Below, one piece after another: positions 30,713-43,400 of a stretch of DNA of 64,000 bases. Every line of letters begins with the position of its first letter. Positions within the stretch are counted from its first letter, which is position 1. The notes beneath the pieces are model-generated. The model did no database searches. It was not told the DNA's origin and saw only the letters and a list, made by a program, of their open reading frames with translations. This DNA comes from Eremomyces bilateralis CBS 781.70 (lineage: Eukaryota), in the NCBI GenBank assembly GCA_010015585.1, contig ML975150.1. One strand, 5' to 3'. A program made the translations under genes and the position numbers.

Positions 30713-32738
30713 TTAGTATGACCGTTTCGTCGGCGGAACCTCCTACATCATTGTTAGCATTATCCCAACCACCGAACCGTCCACTCCACTTACCGGAAAC
30801 GTATCATCTAACGGCTTCATTATCACATCCCTCCACCCCACCTTCACCTCATCCCCCACCTCCCCCTGCCACGTCAAACTATGCCTCAAAAACTCCCCAT
30901 CCATCCTCTCCCCATAATCCTCCCGCGCATGACTCCCCCGACTCTCCTTCCGCTCCACCGCCGCCGCCACCGTCTGCGCCGCGCACGTCAACAGGTTCCG
31001 CGTCTCCAGCGCCTCCACTAGGTCGCTGTTCCAGATATACGATCGGTCTTTCAGCGATAGGTCCGTGTTGAACGCCTGCTCCACCTCGCGGACCGTCGAC
31101 TTGCCCGAGACCAGCGACTCTTCCGTGCGGAAGACTGCCACGTCACGCTGCATCGCCCGCTGCATGTCGTCACGGAGCGACGCCGTCAGCCGCTCGCCGT
31201 CCGCCGTCCGCGTCTGCTCGAGCTGCGCGAACGAGGCGTGTCCAATGTCCGCGGGTAGGTCGGGCATAGCGGGGGCGGAGGCAGAGGCGTGCTGCTCGGC
31301 GATGTCGACGGCGGCGGAGAGGCCGAAGACGACGAGAGCGAGGAGGGAAAGGGAGGTGGCGCCGGGGGCGGTGGTGGAAGGGTGGGGTGTGGCGGTAGAG
31401 GTGGTGAGAACTTGTCCTTTGTAGTTGGTGGGGACGCCGCCCATGCAGTAGTGGACGGTTGGGCTGGTTGGGTGTTAGATAGAAAGGGGTGGAGTAGAAG
31501 GGAGGGACTCACAGGACTGGAATCGGCTCTCTCGTCACGTCGATCCCGGCGAAGATGGACGCCGTCTCTGCGATGCCGGGTAATCTCTCCATGATGATCT
31601 CCTTGGGCAAATGGCTCAGCTGCAGGTGGATATGATCCTTATTTGGCCCCACGCCTCGTCCTTCGCGGATCTCCATGTTCATACTTCTCGCCACGACATC
31701 TCTTGATGCCAGATCCTTGGCTGTTGGCGCATATCGCTCCATGAATCTCTCTCCCTCGCTATTCAGCAAGTAACCTCCCTCGCCTCTTGCACCCTCGGTG
31801 ATCAACACTCCCGCGCCGTAGATACCGCTCGGGTGGAATTGCACGAACTCCATATCCTGCAGCGGCAATCCCGCCCTCGACGCCATCGCACACCCATCTC
31901 CCGTACTTGTATGCGCGCTCGTCGCCGAGAAATACGCCCTCCCATAACCCCCCGTTGCAAGGATCGTATTCTTCGCAAACATCCGATGCCTTACCCCATC
32001 CTCCAAACTCAGCGATGTAACCCCCACACACCGCCCATCCACCATCATCAGATCCAGCGCGAAATACTCCACGAAGAACTGGCACCCGCTCTTCAAACTG
32101 GCGCCGTACAGCGTGTGCAGCAGCGCATGGCCTGTCCGGTCGGCGGCGCACGCCGTGCGGTAGGCTTGCCCGCCTTTGCCGAAGTTGAGGGACTGCCCGC
32201 CGATGGCACGCTGGTAGATAGTGCCCTCGGCGGTACGCGAGAAGGGCATGCCCATGTGCTCGAGCTCGACGATGGCGGGGATGGCGTTGGAGGTCATATA
32301 TTGGATGGCGTCTTGGTCGCCGAGCCAATCGCTGCCTTTGACGGTGTCGTAGTGGTGGAAGCGGGGGTCGTCGTCGTGCATGTTGCCGAGGGCGGCGTTA
32401 ATGCCTCCTTGGGCTGCGACGGTGTGGGAGCGGGTTGGGAACTGGATCGATTAGCGGATTGTAAGAGGTGCGGTGATATTGTGGAAGTACCAGTTTCGTT
32501 ATACATGCTGTTTTCAATCCAGCTTCGGTCAATCCTACCGCAGCACGAAGACCTGCACCACCGGCACCGACGACAAGAGCGCTACACTCTATATTAGCAA
32601 CCAGCTCTCAAGTAATCAGTCTGTTCAATCCACTCACTCATAATGATGGTCCACAATCCCCTCAGTGGAGAACTTTCTTCTTGTCCGTGCAAAGGATCTT
32701 GTGCCCTCTCGAACCAATCGGCGCCGCAACGTCCACAT
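30713..32738 (-). CDS. SDH1: Succinate dehydrogenase flavoprotein (Sdh1-like, possibly a divergent paralog) with an aberrant internal segment
   Basis: Presequence [10 protein letters not shown]..; [103 protein letters not shown]; introns 32637-32582, 32490-32442, 31512-31464, 30793-30743. Confidence 0.9.
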
Positions 32739-34460
32739 CTTGCCTTCAAACGAATGACCGAGGAAAAATAAATGAAGAAACAGACGGCGGGATTCCCATC
32801 GGGGGAGGCCATTCTACCTATTTAAACCCGGCCGCACAGCCGAAGCCGCGCTCATTACCTGCAAGCGGCTCCAAGATTCTAGCTAGACCGGCCCGAAGGC
32901 CCTGGAACAGTGGAAATAACGAGATGATACCCCACGTTCCAGTGCGTATGATTTGATGATGGCGAATTCGTGGATCGTCGGCTTCGGGAATGGCTGGAAT
33001 GGGGTCTGGAAATAAGCCGGGAATGGCGCGGGGAAACGTAGTGGGTGGCCAATCAGTCGTGTGGGGAAGTCATCAAGGGGCCAGGTAACCGACGACGTCG
33101 GGCGTGTCTTGTATGATGTATCCTCAACTTCAGGAGAAGCATCTGAGGCGCTTCTCTCGTGAATTGCTCGGCTGGGCTAGATATTTCGTCTAAATTCTGT
33201 GAAAGGGGCCATATGGATAAGTTATATGGTTCTTATATTCTTCTCGCTGTCGCATTTCGCGTGGGTGATGATTAAGCACGATCGCTGCTTAAGCTCAGTT
33301 ACTGTCGAGTCATAACGCAAATTGGTATTAACGATTCCCATAGTCTAGAAAAGGAGATCTAGTTAGTAAGCCAGATGAAGATAACTTAAATATAGGAGAA
33401 AACTGAGGAATCATGATAGGCCTAGCCCAGGGGTAGAGCCTCTGGGCCGACAGCCCAAGACTATGACATGATGAGTGAATTTAAGAAGACTGAGAACCCA
33501 CATGTAGTATATCATTATTAATTCTAGATTTTTAATTGAGAATGAGGGCGCGACGGGTAAATTGACGTCACTGCACGGTTCAAGGGAGCCCGACAACCGG
33601 TCTGTGAGCATATGGTCCAGGTTTCAATTCCTGCTGGAACCCTTCTTCTTTTGGTTTTTTTGTTCTTGGTTTTATTTATTTGAAGAGTCGTTTGGGTCAT
33701 TGTTTGCTATATCCTGCCCTTATGATATTACTAGCAAGAGGTGGTTTGTAGGATTATGTAGTGACTGATGTTTTCTAACTTTCAATCCGGTTCACTGATG
33801 CCGCGAGGTTTGACGGGAGTGTGTCCTCCCATATCATATCCACTACCGACGTCCTTCTATCATGATAGAACCGGCCATTGGCCGTGGAGAAGTGTAGCTA
33901 CAGCATAGGTCCCCCTGCTTACCCCGTCCTCTCCGAACATGCTGGAGCCCTGTGGAAACCCATTTCAAGTTCCTCTAAAACTGCCGAGACATCAGTGCCT
34001 AGCAAGCCCAAGCAGGTAGCAAAGTTCCTCAGAAGATCCGCCTTGATCGAGTTGTGGATACAGCGCTCTGGAACCACGCGCACGCGTCAGGTCTGGCTCC
34101 ATCCGTGCGTCCAAACCGATTGTTTGTTCCATGTGAGTATACTAGACACATCCTCGCCAAATCAACTCAACACCAAATAGGACGAACCGCAGCACACAGG
34201 AGATATATGTCCAACTAAACTGTATTCAATCGCCAAATCAGCCATAACCGCGCTATCATGAATCATCGCATCGTCCGGGAACACACTAATGATACAGCCA
34301 TAACCAACTCCCTCCCATATCCCATCATGGACAAACATTTCCCATCCCAACCCACGACATATAATATCCCGTCGTTCGGCCGTCAAAGAACCGCTGATCA
34401 AATAGATGTATGCACAAAAACACAGACAAACAACGTCAACCATCTTCCTTCCTTCGCTCC

Positions 34461-37400
34461 CTACCCCTCCGCCACCCCCGGCCTCCCAATCCTGCCTCTC
34501 AACACCTCCCTCCGCCCCTCCGCCCTCTTCTCCTCCCTCTGCGTCCGCCACCGCCCCATCAACCCCCCAATCCCCACATACTGAATCCTCACCCCCCTCA
34601 ATCCCGGCACCCTCACCCCCTTCTCCACCCCCCGAGGCCTCCCCCCATACACCATCCCCGCCCTCTCCGCCGCATCCTCCGACTCCCCCGATTCCCGCGA
34701 CGACGTCCGGAACGTACTCGCGCTCACCGACCGCCGCATCCCACTCGCCGAAGTCCCCCGCCACGACCCCGCCGTCGACGCCGACATCGCCCGCACATGT
34801 CTCGTCCCGCCTACCTCCCCCGTCACCGCAATCTGCGGCTTACGCCGATTCGTCCCCGCGCGGTCGAGGCCAAGCGAGTTGCCTAGCAGGAACGCCCGTG
34901 CGTCGAGTCCGACGCCAACGGCACTGGTGCCGGGATGGGCGGGGATGCGGGGGCGGGTGGGGCTGTCTTGGTCGGCGCCGTTGGTAATGACGACTTCGCG
35001 GGGGCCGCCGTTCGTGTGGGCGGTCGGCGAGGCGGAGACGGGGAGGGAGGTAGCGCGTTGGCGTTTGCGTTGCTTGAGGCTGGAGAAGCGTTCGAGGACC
35101 TTGCCTCGAACCTTGCCGAGGCCACGGGCTTCGCCGATGTCGCTGGTGTCGCCACCGGGGGGGAGGCGGCTGCCGGGGTCCGGGCCGGAGTCCGGGCCGG
35201 AGTCGGAGTCGGAGTAGTATTCGGGGTCGTCGAGGTCGTCGAGGGAGTAGCGGTGTGGGGAGGGGGAGGGGGCGTCGGAGTCGCGGCGGGGACGAGGGCG
35301 CCAGTTGGGGTGGAGGGTGTTGGAGAGGTCGGTGGGCCGGAGGGATCGAGTGGAGTCGATGGTGGAGGAGCGGGGGCGGGTGCGCGTGGGGAGTGGGAGG
35401 AGAGATGGAAGGGGGTTGCGGGTGGTGATTGCTGGGGCGGTTTGAGGGGGGGAGTCGAGGACACGTTTAGGAGGGTCGGCGTTGGAGATTATGGTGATCA
35501 CGGGCTTGGGGGGAACGCAGATGGGGGATTCGTCGCGCTGATCGATTGGGTTGGTGACCCCGCGGCGGGTGAAGGGGAAGCTGGCACGGGCGAACGGCTG
35601 GATAAAATTGTCGGAGTAGCGACGCGCACGTTGTTTGATGCTTGTTCGGCGGGTCGGAACGGAGCCTCGCCTTACAGGTTTCTCGGCGGAGGCCTCACCA
35701 AGCTGTTGGTCTTCATCCGAATATGGTGTGGGAGGGATGACGCGGAATGCTGGAGGTATCACAGGTGCTGGAGGGGCCGGTGCAGGGCGTGGATTGGTCA
35801 GTGGACTATCGTCCTTGAGGCTTGGAGGATGCGCATCAGGAGGAGTCGAGGGCTCAATCACGACTGTCGGTTGATGAATATCCGATGTATTCAAATTCTT
35901 TGTCGCCTCTTTCACTGCTGCAGAGTCGTCATTTGGCTGAGCGGTAGCTTCATCGCGGGTTTGCGGACGAGATGACGTGCCAGGTCGGGCAGCTTGCTGC
36001 ACGAGCAATAGCGAATCGTTGTTGTGCGGATAGAGGTTGATTGCCGTCGCTTGGCTCACTTCCATGGCGCTGGGTGCGTCGGAATAAACAGAGAATGGCG
36101 TGCCAGGAGTGAGCTGATGCCTGATCGACCCACTCAGGCCATAGTGATCATCGGTCTTTACCGACATGCGGTCCAAACTCATGCGTTGGGCGTCGAAGGA
36201 GACGGAGCGCTCGGAGTTTGTATGAAATGCAGATGAACTCGATGCGTCAGCATGAGCACTAAGTCGAGGTGCTGTTAGACGATCGGGTCTTGCCACTGCA
36301 TTTGTAGCCGCTCTATCCTGTCTCTTTGAATGCTGCGAAGGATCTTCCGGCACCAGGGCTGTAATCGCTAGAATGTTGTCCGGCGGATGCTCAGTCGCAT
36401 CTACCTTCTCGGCCCTTCTTTTTACTACGATCGTCTCATCAGAATCCCGTGGTTGATCTCCCGAGGGAACATAGTCTGGGTTCGAAACGTGGCTGGGGGT
36501 AGGCAAAGCTCTCTTCTCCGGTCCGGCCCCGGCATTTCCAGTAAAATCCGGCCTTAGTATGGTATCAGAGGGGATATGGAACTTTACTGCAGGCCTCTCC
36601 GGCTCGAAGATTGGCTTCAATCTCGATGAGGTCATTGGCTTCTCCGCAGATAACGTACGATCTGTCTGCGATGTACGCAGAACTTTGGAAGGAGCCTTGG
36701 AAGGCACTTCGAGCATCTGCTGCGACCCCTGGTAAACGCTGTTGGCGTTGACTCCAAGGCCATTGTCTATGCCCTGTTTCACGGCTAACTCTCCTTTGCT
36801 CGGCTGCGCGCCTGGCACGGTATCCTGCCCACGAGACTGCGCCGCTCCCAACAACTCGACATCATCCCGATTCCGTAGACTGGGCGGCAACAGAGGTTCC
36901 GTAGCATACTTTCCCTCCACCGGCGCGTCGTCGAGATACGAACCTGGCGCCCCACTATTTACGCTCCTCCCCGACGACTTCGACGACTTCGACGGGGAGG
37001 AATCGATAGCGTTGCTGGATGTCTCGCCAACCGGCTGCACCGCGCCCCCCTGAAGCGCGCGCAGCGCATCGCCGTCGTCCGCGAGCGATCTGCTTCTCCC
37101 GTGGGGGCGGCTGCGCTGCGCGCCCGGATAGGACGGCGCGGGGCCATTCCGCAGCGCAGCATCGTCGATCGCGGAGCCGAACGCGACTTTTTTCGGCACC
37201 GTCCGCGATTTATGGCGGAGTGGGTGCGGCGGGCTGGATTCATTGGAGACGAGGGACGAGCGGTTGGACGTCGTGAGCGTGATTGGGGAGATGGAGGCGG
37301 ATTGATTGCCGCCGCGGAGGCGGAGGGACTCGCGCTTGGAGACGTGGCGGAGGATGGGTTTGCGGGGGTCGTAGCGGATGTGGGAGATAGAGTCGCCGAC

Positions 37401-38279
37401 GGAGAGGGGGGAGGCGTCGGAGATGCTTCGTCGGTTGGAGTGGCCGCCATCGAGGGGGGAGAGGTTGGTCTGGATTTTGGGACCAAGCGATTTGCGTCGC
37501 ATGGGGGTTACGGCGGTGCTATCGTCAGTGGGAATCGAGTTCCGGCCGGTCCGTACCGGACTGTATTGCACTTCTCGTTCGGGCTGTGGGTGAACGTGTC
37601 GTAATCTTTGGAAAGCTGATGCGCTGATAGCGCCGTTCATTCCGGGATCATAGCCAGAGTCGTGCGTACCAGGACGATCGGCACCGCTCGAGGTGTATTG
37701 CACGCCTTTTCCTTTGATAATCCCCGCTCTCGCGGTAGCCATGTCAATTGGGGTACTCTTAGTCCGAGAATGAAGACTGGTATTCGGCGAGGGTCCACCA
37801 GGAAGTCCTAGTTTCCCGTTCGTCATGTAATACAGATCGGTCGAGAGCTTGTCGGATGGAGTATGGGTCTGCGTTTCCTCCTCCGAATCGAGGTCTTCCT
37901 GGGCCGTCTTAAACGACTCTGCCGCTGATGAAGGATAATGGTTGGGGGAGGGTCTGACCGGGACGGAGGGAGTGGGTGGGGTGGTTTCTGGGGTTGGCGG
38001 GCCTTGAAGATTAGCGGGAGTGAGTCGGTCGGGGGTCCAAGGGTAAGTGGCCATGGTGACGTCTTTCGCGCTCCCCGATGGAGGCGTGGGAGGAAGAATG
38101 CCCTCGTTGGGGGACTTCACACGTTCGCTAGTCCTTGCGGAGCGCCCGTTTGTTCGTAGGGGTTTAGAGGAATTGGTGCCGTGCGGTTGGATCGCTGCTG
38201 AATCCACGGAGTGTCGACTGGGTGCCAGAATGAACTTCCCGGAAGGCTGGTGCGGATCAATTACATGCGTGACCTGCAT
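34461..38279 (-). CDS. Large low-complexity Ser/Pro/Arg-rich hypothetical protein
   Basis: 1272-aa ORF; protein-like islands EVSQATAINLYPHNNDSLLLVQQ, SPLTNPRPAP..FRVIPPTP, LHPNWRPR, RIQYVG; no domain recognised; start uncertain. Confidence 0.75.
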   Translation of the reverse strand: MQVTHVIDPHQPSGKFILAPSRHSVDSAAIQPHGTNSSKPLRTNGRSARTSERVKSPNEGILPPTPPSGSAKDVTMATYPWTPDRLTPANLQGPPTPETTPPTPSVPVRPSPNHYPSSAAESFKTAQEDLDSEEETQTHTPSDKLSTDLYYMTNGKLGLPGGPSPNTSLHSRTKSTPIDMATARAGIIKGKGVQYTSSGADRPGTHDSGYDPGMNGAISASAFQRLRHVHPQPEREVQYSPVRTGRNSIPTDDSTAVTPMRRKSLGPKIQTNLSPLDGGHSNRRSISDASPLSVGDSISHIRYDPRKPILRHVSKRESLRLRGGNQSASISPITLTTSNRSSLVSNESSPPHPLRHKSRTVPKKVAFGSAIDDAALRNGPAPSYPGAQRSRPHGRSRSLADDGDALRALQGGAVQPVGETSSNAIDSSPSKSSKSSGRSVNSGAPGSYLDDAPVEGKYATEPLLPPSLRNRDDVELLGAAQSRGQDTVPGAQPSKGELAVKQGIDNGLGVNANSVYQGSQQMLEVPSKAPSKVLRTSQTDRTLSAEKPMTSSRLKPIFEPERPAVKFHIPSDTILRPDFTGNAGAGPEKRALPTPSHVSNPDYVPSGDQPRDSDETIVVKRRAEKVDATEHPPDNILAITALVPEDPSQHSKRQDRAATNAVARPDRLTAPRLSAHADASSSSAFHTNSERSVSFDAQRMSLDRMSVKTDDHYGLSGSIRHQLTPGTPFSVYSDAPSAMEVSQATAINLYPHNNDSLLLVQQAARPGTSSRPQTRDEATAQPNDDSAAVKEATKNLNTSDIHQPTVVIEPSTPPDAHPPSLKDDSPLTNPRPAPAPPAPVIPPAFRVIPPTPYSDEDQQLGEASAEKPVRRGSVPTRRTSIKQRARRYSDNFIQPFARASFPFTRRGVTNPIDQRDESPICVPPKPVITIISNADPPKRVLDSPPQTAPAITTRNPLPSLLPLPTRTRPRSSTIDSTRSLRPTDLSNTLHPNWRPRPRRDSDAPSPSPHRYSLDDLDDPEYYSDSDSGPDSGPDPGSRLPPGGDTSDIGEARGLGKVRGKVLERFSSLKQRKRQRATSLPVSASPTAHTNGGPREVVITNGADQDSPTRPRIPAHPGTSAVGVGLDARAFLLGNSLGLDRAGTNRRKPQIAVTGEVGGTRHVRAMSASTAGSWRGTSASGMRRSVSASTFRTSSRESGESEDAAERAGMVYGGRPRGVEKGVRVPGLRGVRIQYVGIGGLMGRWRTQREEKRAEGRREVLRGRIGRPGVAEG

Positions 38280-40475
38280 CCTTAGTGTGGTATGAACGCA
38301 ATCCGAGACTCCATCGGAAATATCGAGAACAGAGCCGCAAGACGGTCGCGATGGAATACTTCTGGAAAGAATCGGTCCTCGTGCAGCGTTGCGCCGTGGG
38401 CGGCGGTGCGACTTAATTTCCCAGCCACCTTTTCAACGGGGGTCGTCACCACGACTGCATCCCCCGATCTCTCGCATCCAGGACCGTCGGATATCGAGAG
38501 ATTCGAGGCTTTCGAGGACCCCTAGAAAGTTTGCTCTCAGCGGATCCGGGTGGGGAGTATATCTGCAGGACGTTCTGCAGGATGTGAAGCGTCGTGGTTC
38601 CCCTCGTTCACGATGATAGGTTCGGCTTGTCGCGAGACGAAACAAGGCGATGCGCAACGGGATGCGCAACGAGGAGGGATAACGTGATGCGTCGAACAGT
38701 GCTCTGGGAACGATGTCGCGATGAGTTCGAGGCAGTTCGGATTATTATTGGAGTAAGAAATGAAATTGTTCTGAAGTGCTGAGAAAAGACATAGGGAGAA
38801 TGGGGATTGGGGAGGCGTTGAGGGCCGGGATGAAGCAGAGGCGTTTCGGCGTGGGGTGGGGGTTCACTGGGCGCCGTGTGACCGGTCTACGGCCACTGAA
38901 GATGAGGAGAGGGGATATGCACGGTTGGAATAGAACAGAGCGTACTCCGTACGAAAGAAATCGATAGGATGATTACAAGAGTGGTTTTCGACCAGAAGTA
39001 CAAGTGACGATGATGGGTTAAGATAGATAGATTGAAGGATTGGGGTGAGGAGCCAAATGGGGGCAATGAGAGAGAATGTCCGAGAAGATGCGACAAGGGA
39101 GAGCAGATGACGCCTCCAATGATGTCGATGATCTCTCTCATATAGTCTTATAACCGGTACGTATCTCATAAGCCTGTACGAATAATACTACCGGTATAGC
39201 TAATATTAGGAGTGATATGAGTCGTGATGAGGGCTTTGGATCCTTCATGGAGATTCGGCCCCTGCGTTTGAATAATGTTGGTCTGTAGTACTATTGTCCT
39301 AACTATTGTTTGAACTGGTAGGCAAACCGAAAAGTCTTCAGTTGACTACTTCGACTTTAGAGATCCAAGGTGCTGTTAATATATCACGGTCCGGACCATC
39401 CCTCGTTACTGAAACACATTCGGATCTTGATGTGGCACTTCGCGGGGTACGGAGAATTGGCGGGGAGAGACACCCAGTCGACCCAGATCGCCCTCCAGAT
39501 CGCCATCCCGATAATAGATCTCAATCATCAACATCTTCCTCGAGTCACTTGATCTCCGTGGCGCAATATCGAACATCATCTTATCTTCGGCCCCGTCTCT
39601 TCCGCTCAGTCTCGTCCTCTGAGTTAGTAGCCCAATCATCGGTGCATGCTAGCAGAGCGTTTGCTCCCCCCATCCTCTCTCTATCGTGGTACGGTACACA
39701 AAGGGTCTTCTTATTTATTCCCCGGATCCTGATATTGGTCACTTAATATCTCCGGGAGATGACCCTTTTGCTAGTGAGCCATGGTTGGGGTCACCACTGG
39801 AAATTAGAATTTCATCGCTTCCGTTCGGAACTATCGTACAGTTACCTATGTCTCTGCTCCAATTTGAAGGTTACTATGATGATGATAGACATCGGTGATT
39901 TTCGACTTTTAGTCCGTCTTCGCTACTGCTGGCTGCTCCGTAGTGCCTTTGATGGGATCCGAAGTACTTGGCGGGAATCTATTTTGAGGATATGTACTGA
40001 TTATTACCTTACAATTCAGGATTAAGGCTTCAGGGACTTTATCGTCGAAGTGCAAGCACAGACATGTGACGCTAATAGAACGGGTCTCTCCCACGGCGGA
40101 TTGCTTCTCTTGTTTCTCCAGTACAATAGCATTCATGTCAATACACTCATGTCAATACAATCAGGTGGAGTTTTATGACCCATCAGACACCAACGGTCAA
40201 TCGTCAATAGGCTGTGCCGACTGAACACCTCACCAATTCCCCATCATTCATCAATCATCACCATCCATCCGGCCAGCTCCACCAAAAGGGACTAAGCATC
40301 CCCGCCATCCACTGTGGCAGCTTTGCCAGGGTCTCCTAGCCAAACCTGAATATCCCGCACTCCACGCTTCCATTGTGCCCTCCCCCATGAGAACACCACC
40401 ACCCTCACCTCTTCCTCTTCTCGTCTCCTTCATTACTCCATCCCCTCCACCCCTCTCTCGGCATAGGATCTCTCT

Positions 40476-43400
40476 ATGTCCACTATGGGCGACGATGGAG
40501 ATGTCGACCACAAGCGATTTGCCCGCCCCAAGTGGCTAACCAAACCCACCCACAAGTCCGCCAGCAAGGAAAAGGGCCGCCCGGGAGACATCCCCCAACC
40601 CTTCTACACCAGTGCATCCAACCAACTTAGCGACGATGTTCAAGACTTCCTCAAACCTTCCACCACGAAAGCTCGCTCCTTCGCTCCGAAACTCGCTCCC
40701 AAAATCGATATCGCCGCCGCACAACGCTATCCCACTGCCAATGATGTTAACACCTCTCGGACGCCGTCGTCGATCAAAGGGAGGAGTGCAAGGAATCGGG
40801 CGAGGCTGAATGTCGCATGGGATGATGGCGCACTGGAGATCATGGGATATGGAGGGGACGACTGCGATGAGCCGACCATGGCGATCTCAAAATCAAAAGC
40901 GAGGGATGTGGGCGCCCGAAATGCGGCGAAGAAGCCCGAGCCACGATGGGAGCCGCCTCCGGTGCGCATGAGCTTGGAAGATCATACGCTACGGCCGACA
41001 CGAGGCAATGTTTCGGAGCCGGTAGGAAATTCGGGTGACCTGGAAAGGAGCAATACGTTGCCCCCTAATCAGCGGTCAAGTTGGGCCATTGTTCCTCCGT
41101 CGTTGACGGTATCCACCACCGTGGGTGCCGATGACGATGACGATGACTTCCAGCCGAAGCCACTCCAGCGAGCGCCCACGGGCTGGTCGGATTATTTAGA
41201 AGAGGAGGACGATCTACCAGCCAAGTCTCCCAAGTCACCGATTTCTCCAACCCAGGTCCTTCAGCAACGGATGCGACAGGAGGAAGGCCGGATCCTACAT
41301 CAAGTGCGGAGAAGCCAGTTGCTGGAGCTCCCAGATGACTTGTCGGATCTATCACTGGGCGATGCCTTGGGCCCATCTGGGACCTCGGCGACACAACCGA
41401 AACAACCACCTGCACCGGGTCCAAAACCAGATAAATATGCGGGTAAATCCACGCGAGAGGAAAAGCGGAGTTCCGCCTCTCCTCTCCGTGAGCCAACGCT
41501 TCCAAGAATTGAGTCCCATGATGCACCATCGAGCGGTTCAGATTTTTCCGCTTCGAAACACCCCGAACCTCGCAATATTCCACCCCCACCGACCAGATAT
41601 CTCAGCGCAGACGCCGTCCCCGTACAACCGCACCCACGAACTGGTCCCCCACCCGCTGGCTCATATACCACACCGTCTCCAAATTTCCATGCTAGGCTCT
41701 CCCCAGGATACCGCGAAGAGTATCAGACACCACCTGGCCCGTTTCCGCTATCGATCAACGAACCCCACCCTCCATCGGTTGACCCTCAAGCACGAACTGC
41801 CAGTCGCCCGTCCGCCGACCGGCCTCCCTCCCGCCCCCCGCGCTCCCCAGGGCTAATCCAAACCCAAAACCACCCCCCCAATTCCCTCCCGTACTTCTCC
41901 GCCGCCAAGATCGACCAGGAAGAAGCCCTCAGCCAGCTAACACCAGACTCCGTCAAAAACCCCACCTCCGCCACCGCCGACATGTCGCTCATCGATTTCG
42001 CCGACCGCATCGGCCACATGCGCCGAATCTTCCCGCTAACCGCGGAGCGCGAATCCCCCATTGCCCAGTTCACCGCCAAGCAGTGGCTCCGCGCCGCCGT
42101 GTGGTGGTTCCTGCGCGCCCGCCAACGCTTCGAAGAGCTGATTCGCGCGCGGGCGAAAGCCCAGCACTCGCTGGATTCCCCCGGAACGCAGCAGCTGGAC
42201 CAGGGGCACGTGGACTTGGGAAAGACGTTCTGGATCTTGGAGGACGTGCTGCCGTCGCATAAGCAGCTGCAGGATTACATGAGTGTCGACGATGATTCGC
42301 AGAAGGCGGCGGCGCAGGCGGCGGGGGATCAGTATGCGGCAGGGATCTTCTCGGAGGCATCGACGCTGCGGGGGCAGATGAAGCTGTTGGCGTCGTCGAT
42401 GACGAGGAATAAGCTGATGCCGCCGCATGAGGTGCTCATTCAAGGGCTCGATCAACTCATATGGATCCGGTATCCCAAGCTGCCGTTCCCCGAGATCCCG
42501 GCGGTCGCGATGTCGTGTATCGGGCACGACTTGCTTCCTTTTGACGACGCACGGGTGCTGTTCACCATGACGGTTGCGGACACCCATGAGTACTTCTGTT
42601 TGCACCGGTGTTTCGTGCTAGTAACGATCGATCCGGACTATATGCAGGACGTCGAGATTAAGAAAATGCCGGCGCTCCTGACCATTCTGCGTCGTCGAGG
42701 CACGCACGATATGAAATTGACGCTCGCGACGCAGAATGACACCATCAACTTCATCGTGAGTAATTTCAGTACGGTGATTTGATATTCGCTAACCTGGTTA
42801 GTATGAGGACAAGCTTCCGTGGGACGACATAGTCGCACTGAACCGTTCGAGACCGGAAATGCGAATCGCACTGCCTAGTCCGTGGCCTAACGATACCTAC
42901 CTCATGATCGCCCTCAACCCCTCCGATTTCACGACGATACGAAAGGCATACGACTCTACATACGCTGCAGCCACTGCTATCGAACAGCAACGAAACGAAA
43001 CCCTACTTTACCAGGGAATCCTGCGAGAATTCTACTTCAAATTCCTGCAAGGTCCTGCCCACCAAAATGGACCGCAATCCCACCCCCCCGAACGACCGTC
43101 GATCTACAATTTCCCCAGCGGAGCATTTCCCAGTACTTCGATCCATATCTTCGGGGTTTACACACGGCGACCCGTGCATAGTGGCGGGTATCGAAGCGAG
43201 TCGCTCTCGGGCTTTCGGGTCGTCATTACTACCACGGGATACAAGAGCATGAACACACTAACTCTGACATTTCCCGCTACACAGCCGGAGCATCTTGGAT
43301 CATACATGGATGCAAGTGGCTTTCCCGTCCTCGTCATGTTCCATTACGGCCCCGCACAGACTCGCGGAGATCTCGTCCTGAGTTTCCGATCCGTCCAAGA

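Noticed and set aside
34162..35975. Multiple long Pro-rich or Gly-rich overlapping ORFs (also at 30685-31594 and 43830-44850)
   Set aside because: Shadow frames caused by extreme GC skew in real genes on the other strand or frame.
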